Source: Lama guanicoe
Lineage: Eukaryota
DNA length: 64,000 nt
Assembly: GCA_013239625.1 (NCBI GenBank)
Contig: MU054037.1
Coordinates: forward strand, 62,001-126,000
Direction of reading: 5' to 3'
Positions 1 to 13,662 of the stretch are shown piece after piece; within the stretch, counting starts at the first letter, position 1, and every line of letters starts with the position of its first letter. The position numbers were made by a program, and so were the translations under genes. The notes under the pieces are model-generated. The model was not told the DNA's origin, made no database searches, and saw nothing but the letters and a program-made list of their open reading frames with translations.

Positions 1-1139
1 GAGCCAAGATTCCTTAAGCTTTAGAAGTTAACACTTAACAATTTTGGGCTCACTTTCAGATAAACATCTACACTTTCATTGCTTTATAGTGAGGATTTAC
101 TTTAATAATAATTATCCAGATAGTTTATCTATATCATTCACCAGATTTTATTTATTTATTTAACCATAATGACAAAATCAGCTCTGAGTTATCAGCTGTT
201 TCTTTTTTTTTTTTAACATTTTTTATTGAATCAGCTAACTGTTTCAATTCAAAAAGTCTGGCCTTCAATAACTGGTGGCTCTCGACTCATCTTTCTATCT
301 AAATATTTGATTACAGCACTCTCTCTCTCTTTTGAGAGGGAAAATTACTGAATTTATTATGCCAAACACACAGGGTGAGTCTCAGAAGATATCTGCTAGG
401 TTGACACAACAAGAGTTTAAGAATGGAAGGCAGTTAATTAAAGAGAAGCCAATAAAGTACGGGATTTGGGTTTTAAGAACTGTTTGAAGTTCCCTCTCAG
501 AACTGACAGGGCCAAAGTCTGAGGGCATCAGGCCTGGGTAGAATGACTTCCTCTCTTGGAAACATCTCCTATTTTCTGCTTTCTTGAAAAACTTTAAAAA
601 TTAGTGGACTCCACAAGCCACCAAACTAAAAGTAAATTATCTTCTGGGCTCTAGGTTACCTGTCCGACTGAAAATAAATAGTCAGTCCCTAGTTCAAAAG
701 GCCAAGAGAGATAAAGGTCAGGAAAATGACGATGCAGTGTAGTAACATTCAGTGCATGCTGGAGCATTGTATGGGAGGGAGTGGAAAGAGCTGTTATCAA
801 CAACTCTAACTTGTCTTGTGACCTTAAAAGAAAACTAAGTAGGAAAAAAGCAGTATGTATGGCAGCAACTCAGAGTAGCAAGAAGCCTGGAGTGCAATTA
901 GGAAGCCTAGATTCTTTTTTTTTTTTTAACATGGAAGCCTAGATTCTTGTCATGGTTCTGTTCCTACTTGCAAGTCCCTAGTCTTTCAGGTTTTTGCTTC
1001 CTTTTCTGTAAAACAAGATTTCAATGATCCATAAGGTCCTTTTCCCAGCCCTACGAGTCTATGATTTGCCTGCCTAGACAGAAGCTAAAGGCTTTTGAAA
1101 ATTTCTTCCAAGTCATAGATTAGAAGACAAAGATTAAGA

Positions 1140-1302
1140 GCAGCAATTCTCTGGACTTGCAGCATCAACATCACCTGGGAACTTGTTAGAAATGCAAATT
1201 CTCAGACCTCATCCCAGACCTACTGAACCAGAAACTCTGGAGTGGGAGCTTTAACAAACCCTCCCGGTGGTTCTGATGCAGGTTCAAATTTGAGAACCAC
1301 TG
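1140..1302. mobile_element. MER5A-like hAT-Charlie DNA transposon relic
   Basis: Hallmark sequence catcacctgggaacttgttagaaatgcaaattctc...gagaaccactg. Similar copies near 2170-2460, 7480-7650, 8895-9075 and 32630-32805. Confidence 0.8.
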
Positions 1303-1848
1303 GCTAACACATGGATTTAAAATTGGGCAGATCTTCACATAGCAAAGGAACCCATCGACAAAATGAAAGGAAAAAAAATACCCTACTAAATGGGAGAAAA
1401 TATTTGCTAATGATATGACTGATAAGGTGAAATTAGTGAAATTTGGGCAGATCTCAGTTTGAACCCCAGTTCTATCACTTACTAGCTCAAGTAACCTTAA
1501 ACTAGTGGCATAACTTCTCTCAACCTCAGTGTCTTAATATTATTTTTTTAATGAGCATCATAATAAACTCCTCAAAGGGAGATTGTGAGGATGAAATGTG
1601 TGCATGGCACACAGAAGTGTCCTGTTGATGGGAGCTACCATTACTCAATTACTTTAGTTTGTTTATTTTTCAAAGGCTTGATCATTAAGGACTGATTTCA
1701 ATACTATTTTTATAATGATAATAAAATAACAACAATAGCTGGTCTGCTATGTTCTCACTTGACTTCCTTTTTCTTGTGTGTTTCACTTGCCACATGCCTC
1801 TCATGGTCTCATGCCCACTGTCTCCCCCTCCCTTTTTCTTCATCTTAC

Positions 1849-1966
1849 CTTGTACCTTGCACTCTTCTACCTGACTCACCATCCCTGTGTCATTCTCCTT
1901 TTCTGCTGGCCATTGATAGATGTACAAACTCGTGTGAGAAGAGCCCGCATCCAGCACAATCCCAAA
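1849..1966 (-). CDS. ENTPD1: ENTPD1 exon 3 (118 nt): apyrase conserved region 1
   Basis: Boundaries tttgccctcag|TTTGGG and CAAG|gtaaga. Translation [39 protein letters not shown](G) has the GDA1/CD39 ACR1 motif DAGSSHT and the NDT sequon; phase 0 to 1. Confidence 0.98.
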
Positions 1967-2479
1967 CTGAGGGCAAAAGAAACCAAGAACTTATCAGCAT
2001 TACATCATTCTTCTCTATCTTCAGCTTGCAACAGAATGGAGACAAAGATAGTTTTCAAAAACACAAGGAGAAAGTATTTTAATTCATGGTGGGAGTGGGT
2101 TGGGGTGGAACGAGTGCCTGGAGTTGTGCTGATCACAAGCTCTACAGAGACACCAGTTCCTCTAGAACAGTGGCTCTCAGTGTTGGCTGCACACTAGAAA
2201 TACCCAGGCCTTGCCCAAGGTAGGGCCTGAGCATCCATATTATTAGAAGCTTCTCAGCTAATTCTAAGTAGCAGCAAGATTCAGAACCATATACTGAAGT
2301 TGCTGAGACAATATGGAGGGAAAAGAAAGCCATTAATCTAGCAGTTCCCAAACGTGTGCACACAGGAATCATATTAGAAGCATCTGAAGAGTCTGAAAGG
2401 CTACTGATGCCAGTGTCTCACTGCCAGATACGTGATTTAATTGGTCTGGTATGTGGCCTGGGCTTGGGAAGAGAGACAT

Positions 2480-2930
2480 GTGCACATCCATATAAACCAC
2501 CACCAAGATCAAGATACATAACATTTTCTAGTCCCCAGAAGGTTTCCTGGTCCCCTCTCAGCCAGTTTCTCCCACAGGTAGCCAGTCTCAGCATCTATCA
2601 CCATGGATGAGTTCTGCCTGTTTTTAACTGCAATAAGTGGGCTCACACATCCATCCTTGATGCCTCCTTGATGTCTAACTTCTTTCACTCTACAGTGTGT
2701 CTCTAAGACTCTACGATACATTCAGGCTGTATGCATCAGTAGTTTGTCCCTTGTCATTGCTGTAGAGCATTTCATTATATGCATGCAGTATATTTTTACC
2801 CATTCTACTGTTGATGGACATTTGGATTGTTTCCAATTTGGGACTATTGGTAATACAGCTGTCAGGTACATTCGTGGTCATTCTGTGGGCTTAAGTTCCC
2901 ATTTCTTTCAGGTATTTGCCCAGGAGTAGA
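2480..2930 (-). mobile_element. Old L1 3' fragment
   Basis: ccattctactgttgatggacatttggattgtttccaatttggg is a typical antisense L1M 3' sequence. Confidence 0.75.
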
Positions 2931-4029
2931 CTGTTGACTGCCCATTTTGATCAATTAATATTCACCTTGGGTTTAATCCGGGGGAAAAAATATGCCATAA
3001 TTGAATAATAATGTCTGCCACACATTTGTGAGGGGAATATGATGGCTCAGGTACTTTTTATTTGTCATCCCTCCACTAGAAAGAAATATGGAGAAAAGTA
3101 AACCAGGGGAAAAAAGAAGAGAAACCAAGGAGGTGCTTCTCAAGTGTGAGTCACACATTGCTGCTCTTCTGAGCTGTGGCCCTCAGACTGTGGTCTGCCA
3201 CTTGCTAACGCTTAATTCCACGGTTGATCTACAGATATCCCCTCATGCTCTCTTGTCACCTGGGGAAAACCTGAGAACCTCCAGGGAGAAAAGACAAGAA
3301 CTAGAATTCCACGACCTCCCTGGACCAACGGGGATAGCCAAACGTGGAACTTATCGCGGTGTCAAGCTTTCTTCCATTTCACCACCAGGGAGGATTGCTG
3401 TGCCGCTGCGTAAGGACCCCTGACCTTCCGAAATCTCCGTAGTATTCTCTGCCTCCTTCCGCACAGCGGGGCTTCCCTGTGGTGACTGGCACTCTGCCCT
3501 TATAAAGAAAACGGCCTGCATGCTTGCTTTGGGCACAGCAAGGAAGGAAGCTGGACAGACTCCTCCGCAACTCAGCTTGCAGTGAGAGCAAACCATTAAC
3601 TGGCTTAAGTGGTGACCGCTGTGGGCAGAGAGGGGTCTAACTGAGGTCCTAGGCCTTTGAACCCGTGGGAAATTTCCCAGGGTGAAGAAAGAGCCTCAGG
3701 GGTTACACAGCAGAAAACCCTGCCGTTCCCAAGCAGGCCCCTGAAGTCTTCCTGCCAAAAAATGTTCCAACCACAGAGGCATATGATAAGAGCCAGCGAG
3801 GCAGCAGCAGCAAGCAGCCTTTATCTGGAGTCAGGATGTTCTATTCTGTCTACTATGTTGACATGAAAGATATTCTTCCAGTAGAGCAAAGGAACTAGCC
3901 TTGCTCCTATCAGCCTTTTTCTCTAAGGCCTTCCACAGTGAGGTGGTTGAGAAACAAAAAGTTTTACTACATTTCATTTGGCAAGTGCCTGAGGGGTTGG
4001 GGTAGGTAAAGTACTTTATTTTTGTTCTA

Positions 4030-4269
4030 TTATTTTTAAAAATATTTTTAATTGAGTTATAGTCATTTTACAATGTTGTGTCAAATTCCAGTGTAGAGCA
4101 CAATTTTTCAGTTATACATGAGCATACGTATATTCACTGTCACATTTTTTTTTCGCTGTGAGCTACAAGATCTTGTATCTATTTCCTTGTGCTATACAGT
4201 ATAATCTTGTTTATCTATTCTATATATGCCTGTCAGTATCAACAAATTTTGAAATCCCAGTCTGTCCTT
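4030..4269 (-). mobile_element. Young lineage-specific L1 3'UTR, 5'-truncated
   Basis: Closely matches the reverse complement of the L1 3' end at 25940-26165 in this window. Confidence 0.9.
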
Positions 4270-7200
4270 TAACACAGAATTGAGGGCATTTCGCCTTCTG
4301 TATACAGTGGACTGCAGTGCTACCTGCAATGCTGCAATGCAGACCTGTTGAATTGTACCAAATGTTTTTTGTTTTCTAAAATAGACTGCAGAATAAAAAA
4401 CTGGCATCGCTTGCTGCTTTAGGGACAGACAGAGCTTGATTGTTGGAAAATTCTCAGTTTGAACATTTGTGGAGTTTGCCTTTCATTGTTACAAAACTGT
4501 AAGCATATTCACTCATTTTTCATAGCTGGCCCATTTTAGAGCCAGAGATTCATTTCATCTAATCCTCTTATTTTATAGGAGAAACTGTCCAGAGCAGTGT
4601 GACTTGATGAGTGGGTACTAAAGACAGTTATGCCTCACCGGATCCATCTAGAGCCCTGGGGACCACCAGCTTTGTTCTTTCCCCACACCAGCATTTTCCA
4701 AAGCATGTTCCAGAGAGCACTGAGCCTGCAAGGACCTGGGCAAAGAAACCTTCCCAGTAGTTTGGGGAAGGCTGCACACTCTCTCCCCTTCCTGGGCTCA
4801 CAAACCCACTAGGCTGTGACTGCTTCAGGGAAATCTGAAGGTGGAGAAACTCACTTAACCTCGTTTGAGTCAGCATCCACCAGACTCAGTGACAAGAGAA
4901 TTTTGTCTTTAATAAAATCTCTATCCTATAGAAATGCTTTGTGAAGTGCTGTGCCTTGCCATGCTGTCACCCGTACCCAGTGCTTCTCTGTAGCTCATAT
5001 TCAAAACATTTCTAAAAGCACTTATAAGTATGTCCTTCACATTAAAGAAAAATTAAAGATTTGAGTAGTAAGGAAGAGATCTGACATCCTCTTGATATTA
5101 TTATGTCAATATTACTTTCTCTTTTAAGAGTAATAAAAGTTCACTAAATGGCACCTAGAAAATGAAGGGAAAAGGAAAAAAAGACATTTAAGATTTCACC
5201 AACTAGACATCACTGTTATTTTATTTCCTTCTGGTCTTTTTTAATGCATGGCAGCTTTTAAATGATTGTAATCATACTGTGCATCCAACTTTATCTTGAG
5301 CTGGTTTCTGATCATGCACATGATTTTATCAATCATAACTGATTTTCACAAACTATGTTCAGTGAAGAGAAGCACTGGTCTAGAAAGAGGGACAGTAGAA
5401 ATGACCTTGCTTCAGTTCATGGAGACACCAAATAGGGGCCTTGGTGAAGACCTGGAGATGTGGGGAGCAACAGACCCTGAGCTCAGGGAGACTGGAAGCC
5501 ACGTGGAGGTGGGGCAGACCCTCCCTTAGGATGGAAATAATTCTACCTGTGCAAATGTCATAGGTCCAGGCCTCTGAGTAAGTCTCTCTCGAAGTGAAAA
5601 GAAAGACAAAACTAGAACATCAGATGACCTCCTTCTATTCCTGGCTCTGCAGAAGTGAGATGTTTGACCCTCTCCTCATTTCAGAAAACACCCACCCTCA
5701 CACTAGCCTACTCTCAGTTCCCCACCAGCCACAAGGCTTCTGCTCCAGAGCCCTTGCCCAGAAGGCCCTTCACCTGAGATTCCAGCCTTTCCTGACCTTC
5801 CCAGACTGGATTCTACCCTCCTAATCCATGTCTCAGAGTGCCTGTATTTTTCCTCTAAAGACAGCACTTATCACAATGTGTAATTACATATTTATGTGGC
5901 TATTTGATTAATGTCTGTTTTCCCTATTATACTGTAAGCTACATTAGGGCAGGACTGTTTTGCTTACTATGGTATCTGCAGCAGCCACCATCATGCATCC
6001 TGCTAGATATTAGGTACAAAGAAGGAATTCAGCAGACAATTATTGGACCACATGAATGAATAAGGGGGGTTAGAACTATATGGTTCCTAAACTCCTTCCA
6101 GTCCTAAAAGATGTTAATATTTACAGTCTGATTTAAAGTAGTGTCACTGGGGCTGAGCTCCACCCCTCTCCCCCTCAAAGCCCCCAGAAGCCAGGTAACG
6201 TGGACAACAGTGTGAACTAACTTCTCTTGGTGCCTTCACACAAACTGGTCCTTCAGCATCTTTCTCAAAAGTCCCTGTAGCTTTTAACGGTAACTTAGCA
6301 CGCTCATCAGTCCGTCTCAGTGAGCCCTTCTGAGTAAACAAAGCTTATCCTTCTGAATGTGTCTCTAGTACCCTGTAAACAAGTCAGGGCCCCCAAAGCC
6401 ACAGTGATTCTGGGAGGGCCTGTAAACAATTAGAGACTATTTCCTTCCTTCCTTTTCTCTTTAGCTGGAGTTACTAGACCTTTAATACAAATGCTGTTTT
6501 GTTATTGTTTGTAGTTTTTATTTTTTTAATTGTGGTAAAATACACAGAACATGAAATTGACCATTTTAACTATTTTTAAGTGTATAGCTCTGTGGCATTA
6601 AGTACATTCATATTGTATAACCATCACTACCACTCATCTCCACGTGTTGTTTTTTAAAATCTGATGGAGTAAAAATAACATAGATATTTTCCAGCAGTAT
6701 CTGAGGTTGAAAATTGATGCAAATTCTTCTAAACACTCAATAAAAAGATAAAATTGCAAGTGCTTATTTAAGAACAGCACTTCAGTTCCTGGTGAAAAAA
6801 GCAGATGCACGGGGGTAGGCCACTACCCTTTAGCAGCAGATGGCAATCCTGGGTGCACCAGCTCAGTGACTACAACACACTAACGGCTAAGGGCCTTTCC
6901 AAGAGCTCGTCTCCCCCAAAGCAGGAGTGCTGTCAGCTGGTCTCTGCTGAAGGCTTCTGATGTGCTGGGCACTCTGATCAGCGAGTCAGCAGTGGTCTTC
7001 CATTCAATCCTCACAACCACCCTCCAAGAAGGTACCATCTCCATGTTACACATGATGAAACTGAAGTGCAGAAAGAGTTTACTTGCCCCAAGTCTCAGAG
7101 CTAGAAAACAGCAGACCCGGGACTGAAATCAAAGCTGTGTGGTCCCTAAGCCAGCATTTCATGGAAGTGGCAGCTCTTAATTAAGGTGTGTGGTTTGGGG

Positions 7201-9484
7201 CAGGGTCAGTTTGGTGTCTCTGAAAGAAACCTATGGGTCTGTGTGTGCCAGAATGTGGAATGTTTGTTCTAAAGGAATATCTGACACATCGCTAACTGCC
7301 AGCATTCAAGCTGGCAGTAAGGAAGTGTGAACCAAGCAGACCTCAAAGCTACCTCCTCACCCAGGTCCACCAGGACAAAGGGATTTTCCCAGTGGACATT
7401 TAGGTACAGCTAATGATTCTTCAGTTCATTAAGGCCTATCTATATGTATTTGTAGTGTGGTCATTGTGTATCCACATGGTAGTGGTTCCCAGACTTTAAT
7501 GGCATGAGAATGGCCCAGGATTCCTGTTACATGTGTAGATTCCCAGGCCCTACAACCTGGAGGTTTGAACTGAGTAGGCTCTGGGAGTGAGAACGGGCAA
7601 CCAGGATCCACAGGGGATCCTGAGGCAGGGGCCTGCCTCCCACACTGACAAGCTCCTTCTGCACGTGCTCTTCATAGCCAAGGAGGGAGCAGTTTCACCT
7701 GTTCAAGATGCTCACTCTATTCACTAAGTCAGCAAACTTCTATGAGGCAGCCACCAACTCAGATGCTGTAATTTAACATTTATTTTGTGACTATTTGGTT
7801 AATGATTACCTCTTCCACTAGACTAAAAGCTCCATGAGGTAAGGATTTTGCCAGTCTTGATCACTGCTGTATCCCCTAGGGCCTAAGGTAGAGCAGATGG
7901 GCAATGACTATTAAATGAATGAATTGGGTAAAAGAGTAATAAAATATGTGCAAAGACAAATGAAACCTAGTCCTTGTTCTCAACATGCTTACAACCTGTG
8001 TAGCTGGGCAAGTGAACACATCAGTAAAATAAAGCATTCCTGTGCTCTGTCAGATGTGGCCCAGGCATGAGGCTGTCACCTCCCTAGCAAGGCTGTACTC
8101 AACTGGGTCAGGCAGGAAGGTGATAAGACTGGATCTTTGGGACTGAGGGCTGACCTGAACTGGGCTAGACAAGGGCGAGTCAGATGAGAAGACACAGGGC
8201 AAAAGATAAGCGGAGATTTGTCCCCAGGCAGACAGGCTGCAAAGATGATAATGATAATACATTAGCTGTCAATCACTGACAGTGGGCTAGCCCTCCTGCT
8301 CCACACTTCACAGCACATTTACTTTATCCTGCTTAATTCTTAACAGTATCTACAAGGTATCAGTTATCAGTTCTGTCTTACAAATGGAGAAACAGGCTCA
8401 GAGAAGTTATGTCCTGTGACTATAAGAACAGAGCTGAGGTTTAGACCCAGGCAGTGTGAATTCATGGCCCATGTTGTGTCACAGGACAATTATCCCTGCG
8501 ATAAGACAGGGATGAAGAACCATAGGAAGTGGGTGGAGACAGCTGAGTCTTTCCATCTATGAAGCTGCACCAAGAAAGGCTTATGGTCACCACCCTCTTT
8601 AAATAGAAGCATGGAGAGGTGGTTCTCAACATTACTGTCCCAAGGTGTTCCATCTTTATCTCAAAAGGTCCTCCAAGGAATCTGATCCCTAAGCTGGTCA
8701 ACCTAAGCGTCTTCTCACATTATCTCCTTAATGCCTTAATTCCACAGATAATGCCTTAGTTCCAGCCTCATCTGCCTTATCTACACGATGGCAGGAACAT
8801 CCTAAATGGTCGCTCCTCCTCTAATCTGCTCTCCAGCCAAGAGAAATCTTGAGAATACATTTCTGGGCATCATCTCCCTGTTTTAAACCATCAAAGCAGT
8901 GGTTTGCAATCATGACTGCTTGTTAGAATCACCTGGGAAGCTTTTAAAACATACCAATGCCTGGGCTTCACACCCAAAGATTCTGATTTAATTGACCTGG
9001 GGTAGGGCCCACACAAGAGTATTTTTAAAAAGCTCCCCCGGTACTTTTACATGGAGCCAACCTTGAGCACTACACAGTTTGATGGATGAGATGTCCACTA
9101 CTGAGTTATGCATACTAAGCTCAGACTTAAATCTCCTCTCCCACCATTCCTTCCTGCCCCATATTCAATATTCCAGCCATGCTGAACTCCTACTGATTCC
9201 CCAGGATCACTTTTTTAAGCTGCCACACCTGGTATGGTCTTTGTTCAGAGCATATCCTACCTCACCACCTGGCAAATTCCTTAGCGTTCCTTATTACTTG
9301 GCCCCAAGGCCACCTCCTCTACTAGTCTTCACGTGATCAGGCACAGTTGGTGACTCTTTCCTCTGGACTTCCACAGCACTGCACCTATCTCTGTATTAAC
9401 ACATCTCTGTTGTACTGAAACTATCTGTGCAAAAGACTCTCTCCCACAAAAGAACAACAGATATAATGATGTTTCAGATACCTA

Positions 9485-9900
9485 TTGTGGCCATTTCACA
9501 TCTTCTTGACCAACTTTGTCTCCAACTCCATCTGTACCTTCTCATCTATTTCTGCCCAGAGTCTTCTCTCCTACTGCCTGGTAGTCACCTGTCGTACCCA
9601 CATAGCCCCTCTGACACATGTGCAAACCCAGAAGTGCCAGGGAGTTAACAACCTATGGGGGAACCCTCGACTGACAGGGGATGAGAACCAGGGGATAAAT
9701 CCCCAGGGCAGATGATTCTGAAGTGCCTTCTCCACAGCTCTTCAGAGGGTCCTAGTGGGATCAGGCCTCAGGTGCCCAGTGTGATGACCCACTCATAACA
9801 CCCTCTTTGGATGGCTTTCCTTCCTTCCCTGTTTCCCTGACACCACTTCCCAAAATAAACATCCTGCATTTGATTCCTGTTGTTTGGAAAAACCAAGACA
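9485..9900 (+). mobile_element. LTR16C-like ERVL solo LTR
   Basis: gccagggagttaac...ggataaat...aaataaac...aagaca matches the recalled LTR16 family pattern. Confidence 0.7.
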
Positions 9901-10280
9901 AATGGAAAGAATTTTAGTCTTTAGGTCAGAAAATTGGGTTCTTGTCTTAGCTCCACCTCCATCTTGGGTAAGAGAACCTCAAGGACCCTCATTTTGTTAT
10001 CTATAAAATGAGGACAATCTTTCATTCCTCACAGCATTCCTGGGAAGAAAAAGTAGAAATGTGTGTGGAAATGATTTATAAACTACAAAGCACTATATAA
10101 AGCAATGTTATCACTATGCTTTAGGTAGAACTTTTATACTATTCAACCTTTAAATGATAGAATTCCTCATGACTTGGTCCTTGTCTTTTTCTTTTCTTAC
10201 TTTTTACCCACTTCCTATGATCACATCAATTTCCAAGGCTTCAATACATTATTGACATCAGACACATATTTAGTCTAGAT

Positions 10281-10600
10281 CTGTGCTGATAAGATAGCCA
10301 CTAAGATAGCCAATAAGGTAGTCACTAGCCACATGTGGCCAATGAGCCCTTGAAATGTGACTACTCTGAATTGTGCTTCAAGTTAAAAACCATACTGGAA
10401 TTTAAAGATAGTATGAAAAAAGGAATGTAAAATATCTCAATAATTATTTTGATGAAATCTTGAAATAATCTTTTGGATGTACTGGCTTATAAAAATATAT
10501 TACTAAAATTAATTTCACCTCTCTCCTTATGCTTTTTTAAAATGTGGCTCCTGGAAAAATTAAAATGTGGCTTGCAATTATATTTCTGTTCAGCAGCACG
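10281..10600. mobile_element. MER33/MER3-like hAT element (second copy about 11755-11946)
   Basis: Motif tagccacatgtggc...ttgaaatgtg with ctgtgctg/cagcac termini. Confidence 0.75.
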
Positions 10601-10912
10601 AGTCTAAAACTCTCTTCTCTGAGGTCCATATCTGATTGTCCAACTGCTTCTTTGATGTTTCCCCTTGGATGTCTAATACCTCAGAAACAATTCTTCAAAA
10701 ACAGAACCCCCAGTGTTTCCCTCTTTCCAAACTACTGGAATAACCTCCTACCTCATCTCCTACACCTGCTCTTATTCCCAATGCAGCTAGAGCAATCTTT
10801 CCAAAACACAAATCTGATCATGTCACTGACTTCCCATTGCTTTTAGGATAAAAACTAAAATCCCCAGCCTGACTTATAAGGCACTGCCCTTACCATCTCC
10901 CTTACCATCTTT

Positions 10913-11044
10913 TTTCTTTTAATGTATTGAGTTACAGTCTGTTTACAATGCTGTGTCAATTTCTGGCATACAGCAGAATTTTTCAGCCATATATGAATAT
11001 GCATATATTCATTTTTGTATTCCCTTTCCCCATGAGCTACCACT
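10913..11044 (-). mobile_element. Short L1 3' end with 13-bp TSD, inserted in an L2
   Basis: TSD ccttaccatcttt at 10900-10912 and 11045-11057. Confidence 0.85.
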
Positions 11045-13662
11045 CCTTACCATCTTTATTCAACACATGGCACTCTTGCTCTCCATCCAATTTCTGGGAG
11101 GTATCCCACTACTTCCTGCTGTGAGAGTCTTGCTCTTTCGCTTTCTTTCTGCCTGGAATACTTCCTACTCATCTCTTCCCCAGGTGACTTCTAATCATCC
11201 TTCAGATATTATTGCTAATATTTTTTTCAGGGAAGACTTCCTTGGACCCCAAAACTTTCATTTGCTAACACTCATCACAACTGTAATTAATAATTTGAGT
11301 CATCTATTAAACATGTTTCCTTCCTCTGACTGTATGCTCAATCATATCTATATTGGCTTCCCAATTGTATAGCCCAGGACCTAACACAGATACTTAATAA
11401 ATAATTGTTCATACATAAATTCATGAGCAAATGAATGAAGAGGTACTGAATAAGGTATAGTCATAAAGAGATGATTTTTTAAAACAAATGTACCAGATAC
11501 AAATATCCAAAAAGTGTTATCTTTTAAATCATCATTTTTGCAAGGAAATACATTTATTTCAACAAACTAATCAAAACAATTTGGAAGCTCATGATATTGG
11601 GATGATCCTGGTATTATAGTTTACAAACCACACAAGAAAAAAGGTCTTATTTACTGTTCCTTATTTTAGATTTTATACAATGTTTTATCAAATACTTTAT
11701 TCATCATATTAGTTTTGAATGATTTCAAAGATATTATCAGAGTATGCTCTAAAGTAGCAATGTCCAATAGAATTTTCTGCAGTGATAGAAATGTTCCACA
11801 TCTGCATTGTTCAATTTAGTGTGAGGCTACTGAGCACTTGAAATGTGGCTAGTGCAACTGAGGGAGAAAGTTTTAATTTTATTTGATGTCAATTAATTTA
11901 AGTTGAACAAGTTGTACGTGGCTATTAACTATCAACTTGGACAGCATACATAGCTTAAAGCCATCACCAGAGACAAGTATCTAAAATATTTTTGTCCTCA
12001 GTATATGCCAAGAATCCTATTAAAATTCATGTATAGCCTCAGTAAATTACTAGTTTGCATATATAAAATGACCTTTGTGTAAAATAAACCAGTGACATTG
12101 CTATAAAGATTCTCTTCAAATGCCAAAGACCTTGTTCCATTTTTCCAGGCCAACACAACAACACAGAATCACAACAGCCTTGAAGATGCCTATCACAAAT
12201 GCAGGAAGGTCACCCATGACCACAAGTATTCACTGGGAATACAGAGCCCAAGTCTGTCGTGAATTTTGCCTCCTAGGCAGTCTCCCTCTCCAATGATGCA
12301 ATAATGAACATGTAAAAAGGTCAAATCAAGAAAGCAATCATGTACTTTTGGAGCTGGTAAACAAATAGCAGAACCACGATGTCATGAGGCTTCAACTGTG
12401 AGTGAAGTTTTGCCAAGAGAGCCCACGTCACTCAATATTAAAAGGCAAGAGACCACTGACAATGAGATAGTATCAGCCTTCTGTGCTGACAAAGGGACTG
12501 CTGTGCAGAGCCCCACTGGGTTGAATTTGTGTGGCAAACAGATGCCAATGTAACATCTAGGCCTCTGCTATACAGCAAGTGACTTGGGTAGGTGGCAGTA
12601 GTCTGAGAGACCTGGCATATGCATCCACCTTTCCAGACTCACAGTTTAGTATCCTTAAATACAAGAAAATACACTTCTGCATATGTATTCCAGGGCTTCC
12701 TGGGTCAAGTTAACTTCTGGATACGTCACCACCCACATGTATGTACGCGTTCATTAGTATATTGGTCTCTGAGCCCTTGTAGATTTATTTACTGTAATTC
12801 AAATGAAAGTTTAAAATGGTGTATTTACAGTATACTTACCTACATTCTTTCAAATTAATGGATTAAATAAAACAATGACCATATGACAAGGTACTTGCAA
12901 GGTATTCATGTCTTGGAAATTTTACTTTGATGAATTTGAAAGGGAGCAGAAATAAATCACAGCAGAGTTAATGACCCTAATTATTTTTAATGATATTAAC
13001 TAGCTCTTCAAATATGGAAATTTCACAAGGAATCTGTCCATCCAAGAATTCATTTCAAATTACTATATTTGATACATGTAAGTGTTCTCTAGGGGCTTTT
13101 TAAAAATTTATTTTGCTGCTTTATTTAATATTTTAGAGATGAGGAACAAGTCTCCTCCACAATCTTTGACTTCCACGGTGCTTTATGCAGAGCTGTCTAA
13201 TAAATTTTATTACTTTGGTGATAGCAACAATAATGGAAGGACAAAGAGTGTGGTGTTCAATAAACAAGGAGTTCATTGTTCCCACAACCAAACAATGAGT
13301 AAGTAGAGATAGTACTAGATCATAGAATATCAGCACAGTAAAACACAGATCTGGATGTGGTGAATAAAGCATTTGTCTCTGTTAGAATATGATTTAATTA
13401 ATCTGCTGAACAATGATAAAGACAACCATCTTCCCACCACTAACTGATTCAAGGCGTTCCCTCTTCCAGAATGAGCATCTGCTGCCATTTACTCGCTAGT
13501 CCAGTGGAGACTGACTTGCTCCTGGGCTTCCAGAACCTCAGCGCCTCCTGCCCCACCCAGGCCCCCTTTACTCCCTGCCCCACCCAGGCCCCCTCAAACA
13601 CACGTGCACACACAGACACACATGCACGTACACACATGCACGCATGTGCGGGTTTGAGTTAC

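Noticed and set aside
6830..6850. CTCF-like words (GCAGCAGATGGCA; also TCCACTAGGGGAC near 47030 on the minus strand)
   Set aside because: Partial matches are expected by chance in 64 kb and cannot be supported without a PWM scan or ChIP data.
10289..10332. Short tandem taagatagcca repeats
   Set aside because: Local slippage inside a MER33-like element; no spacer structure, not CRISPR-like.
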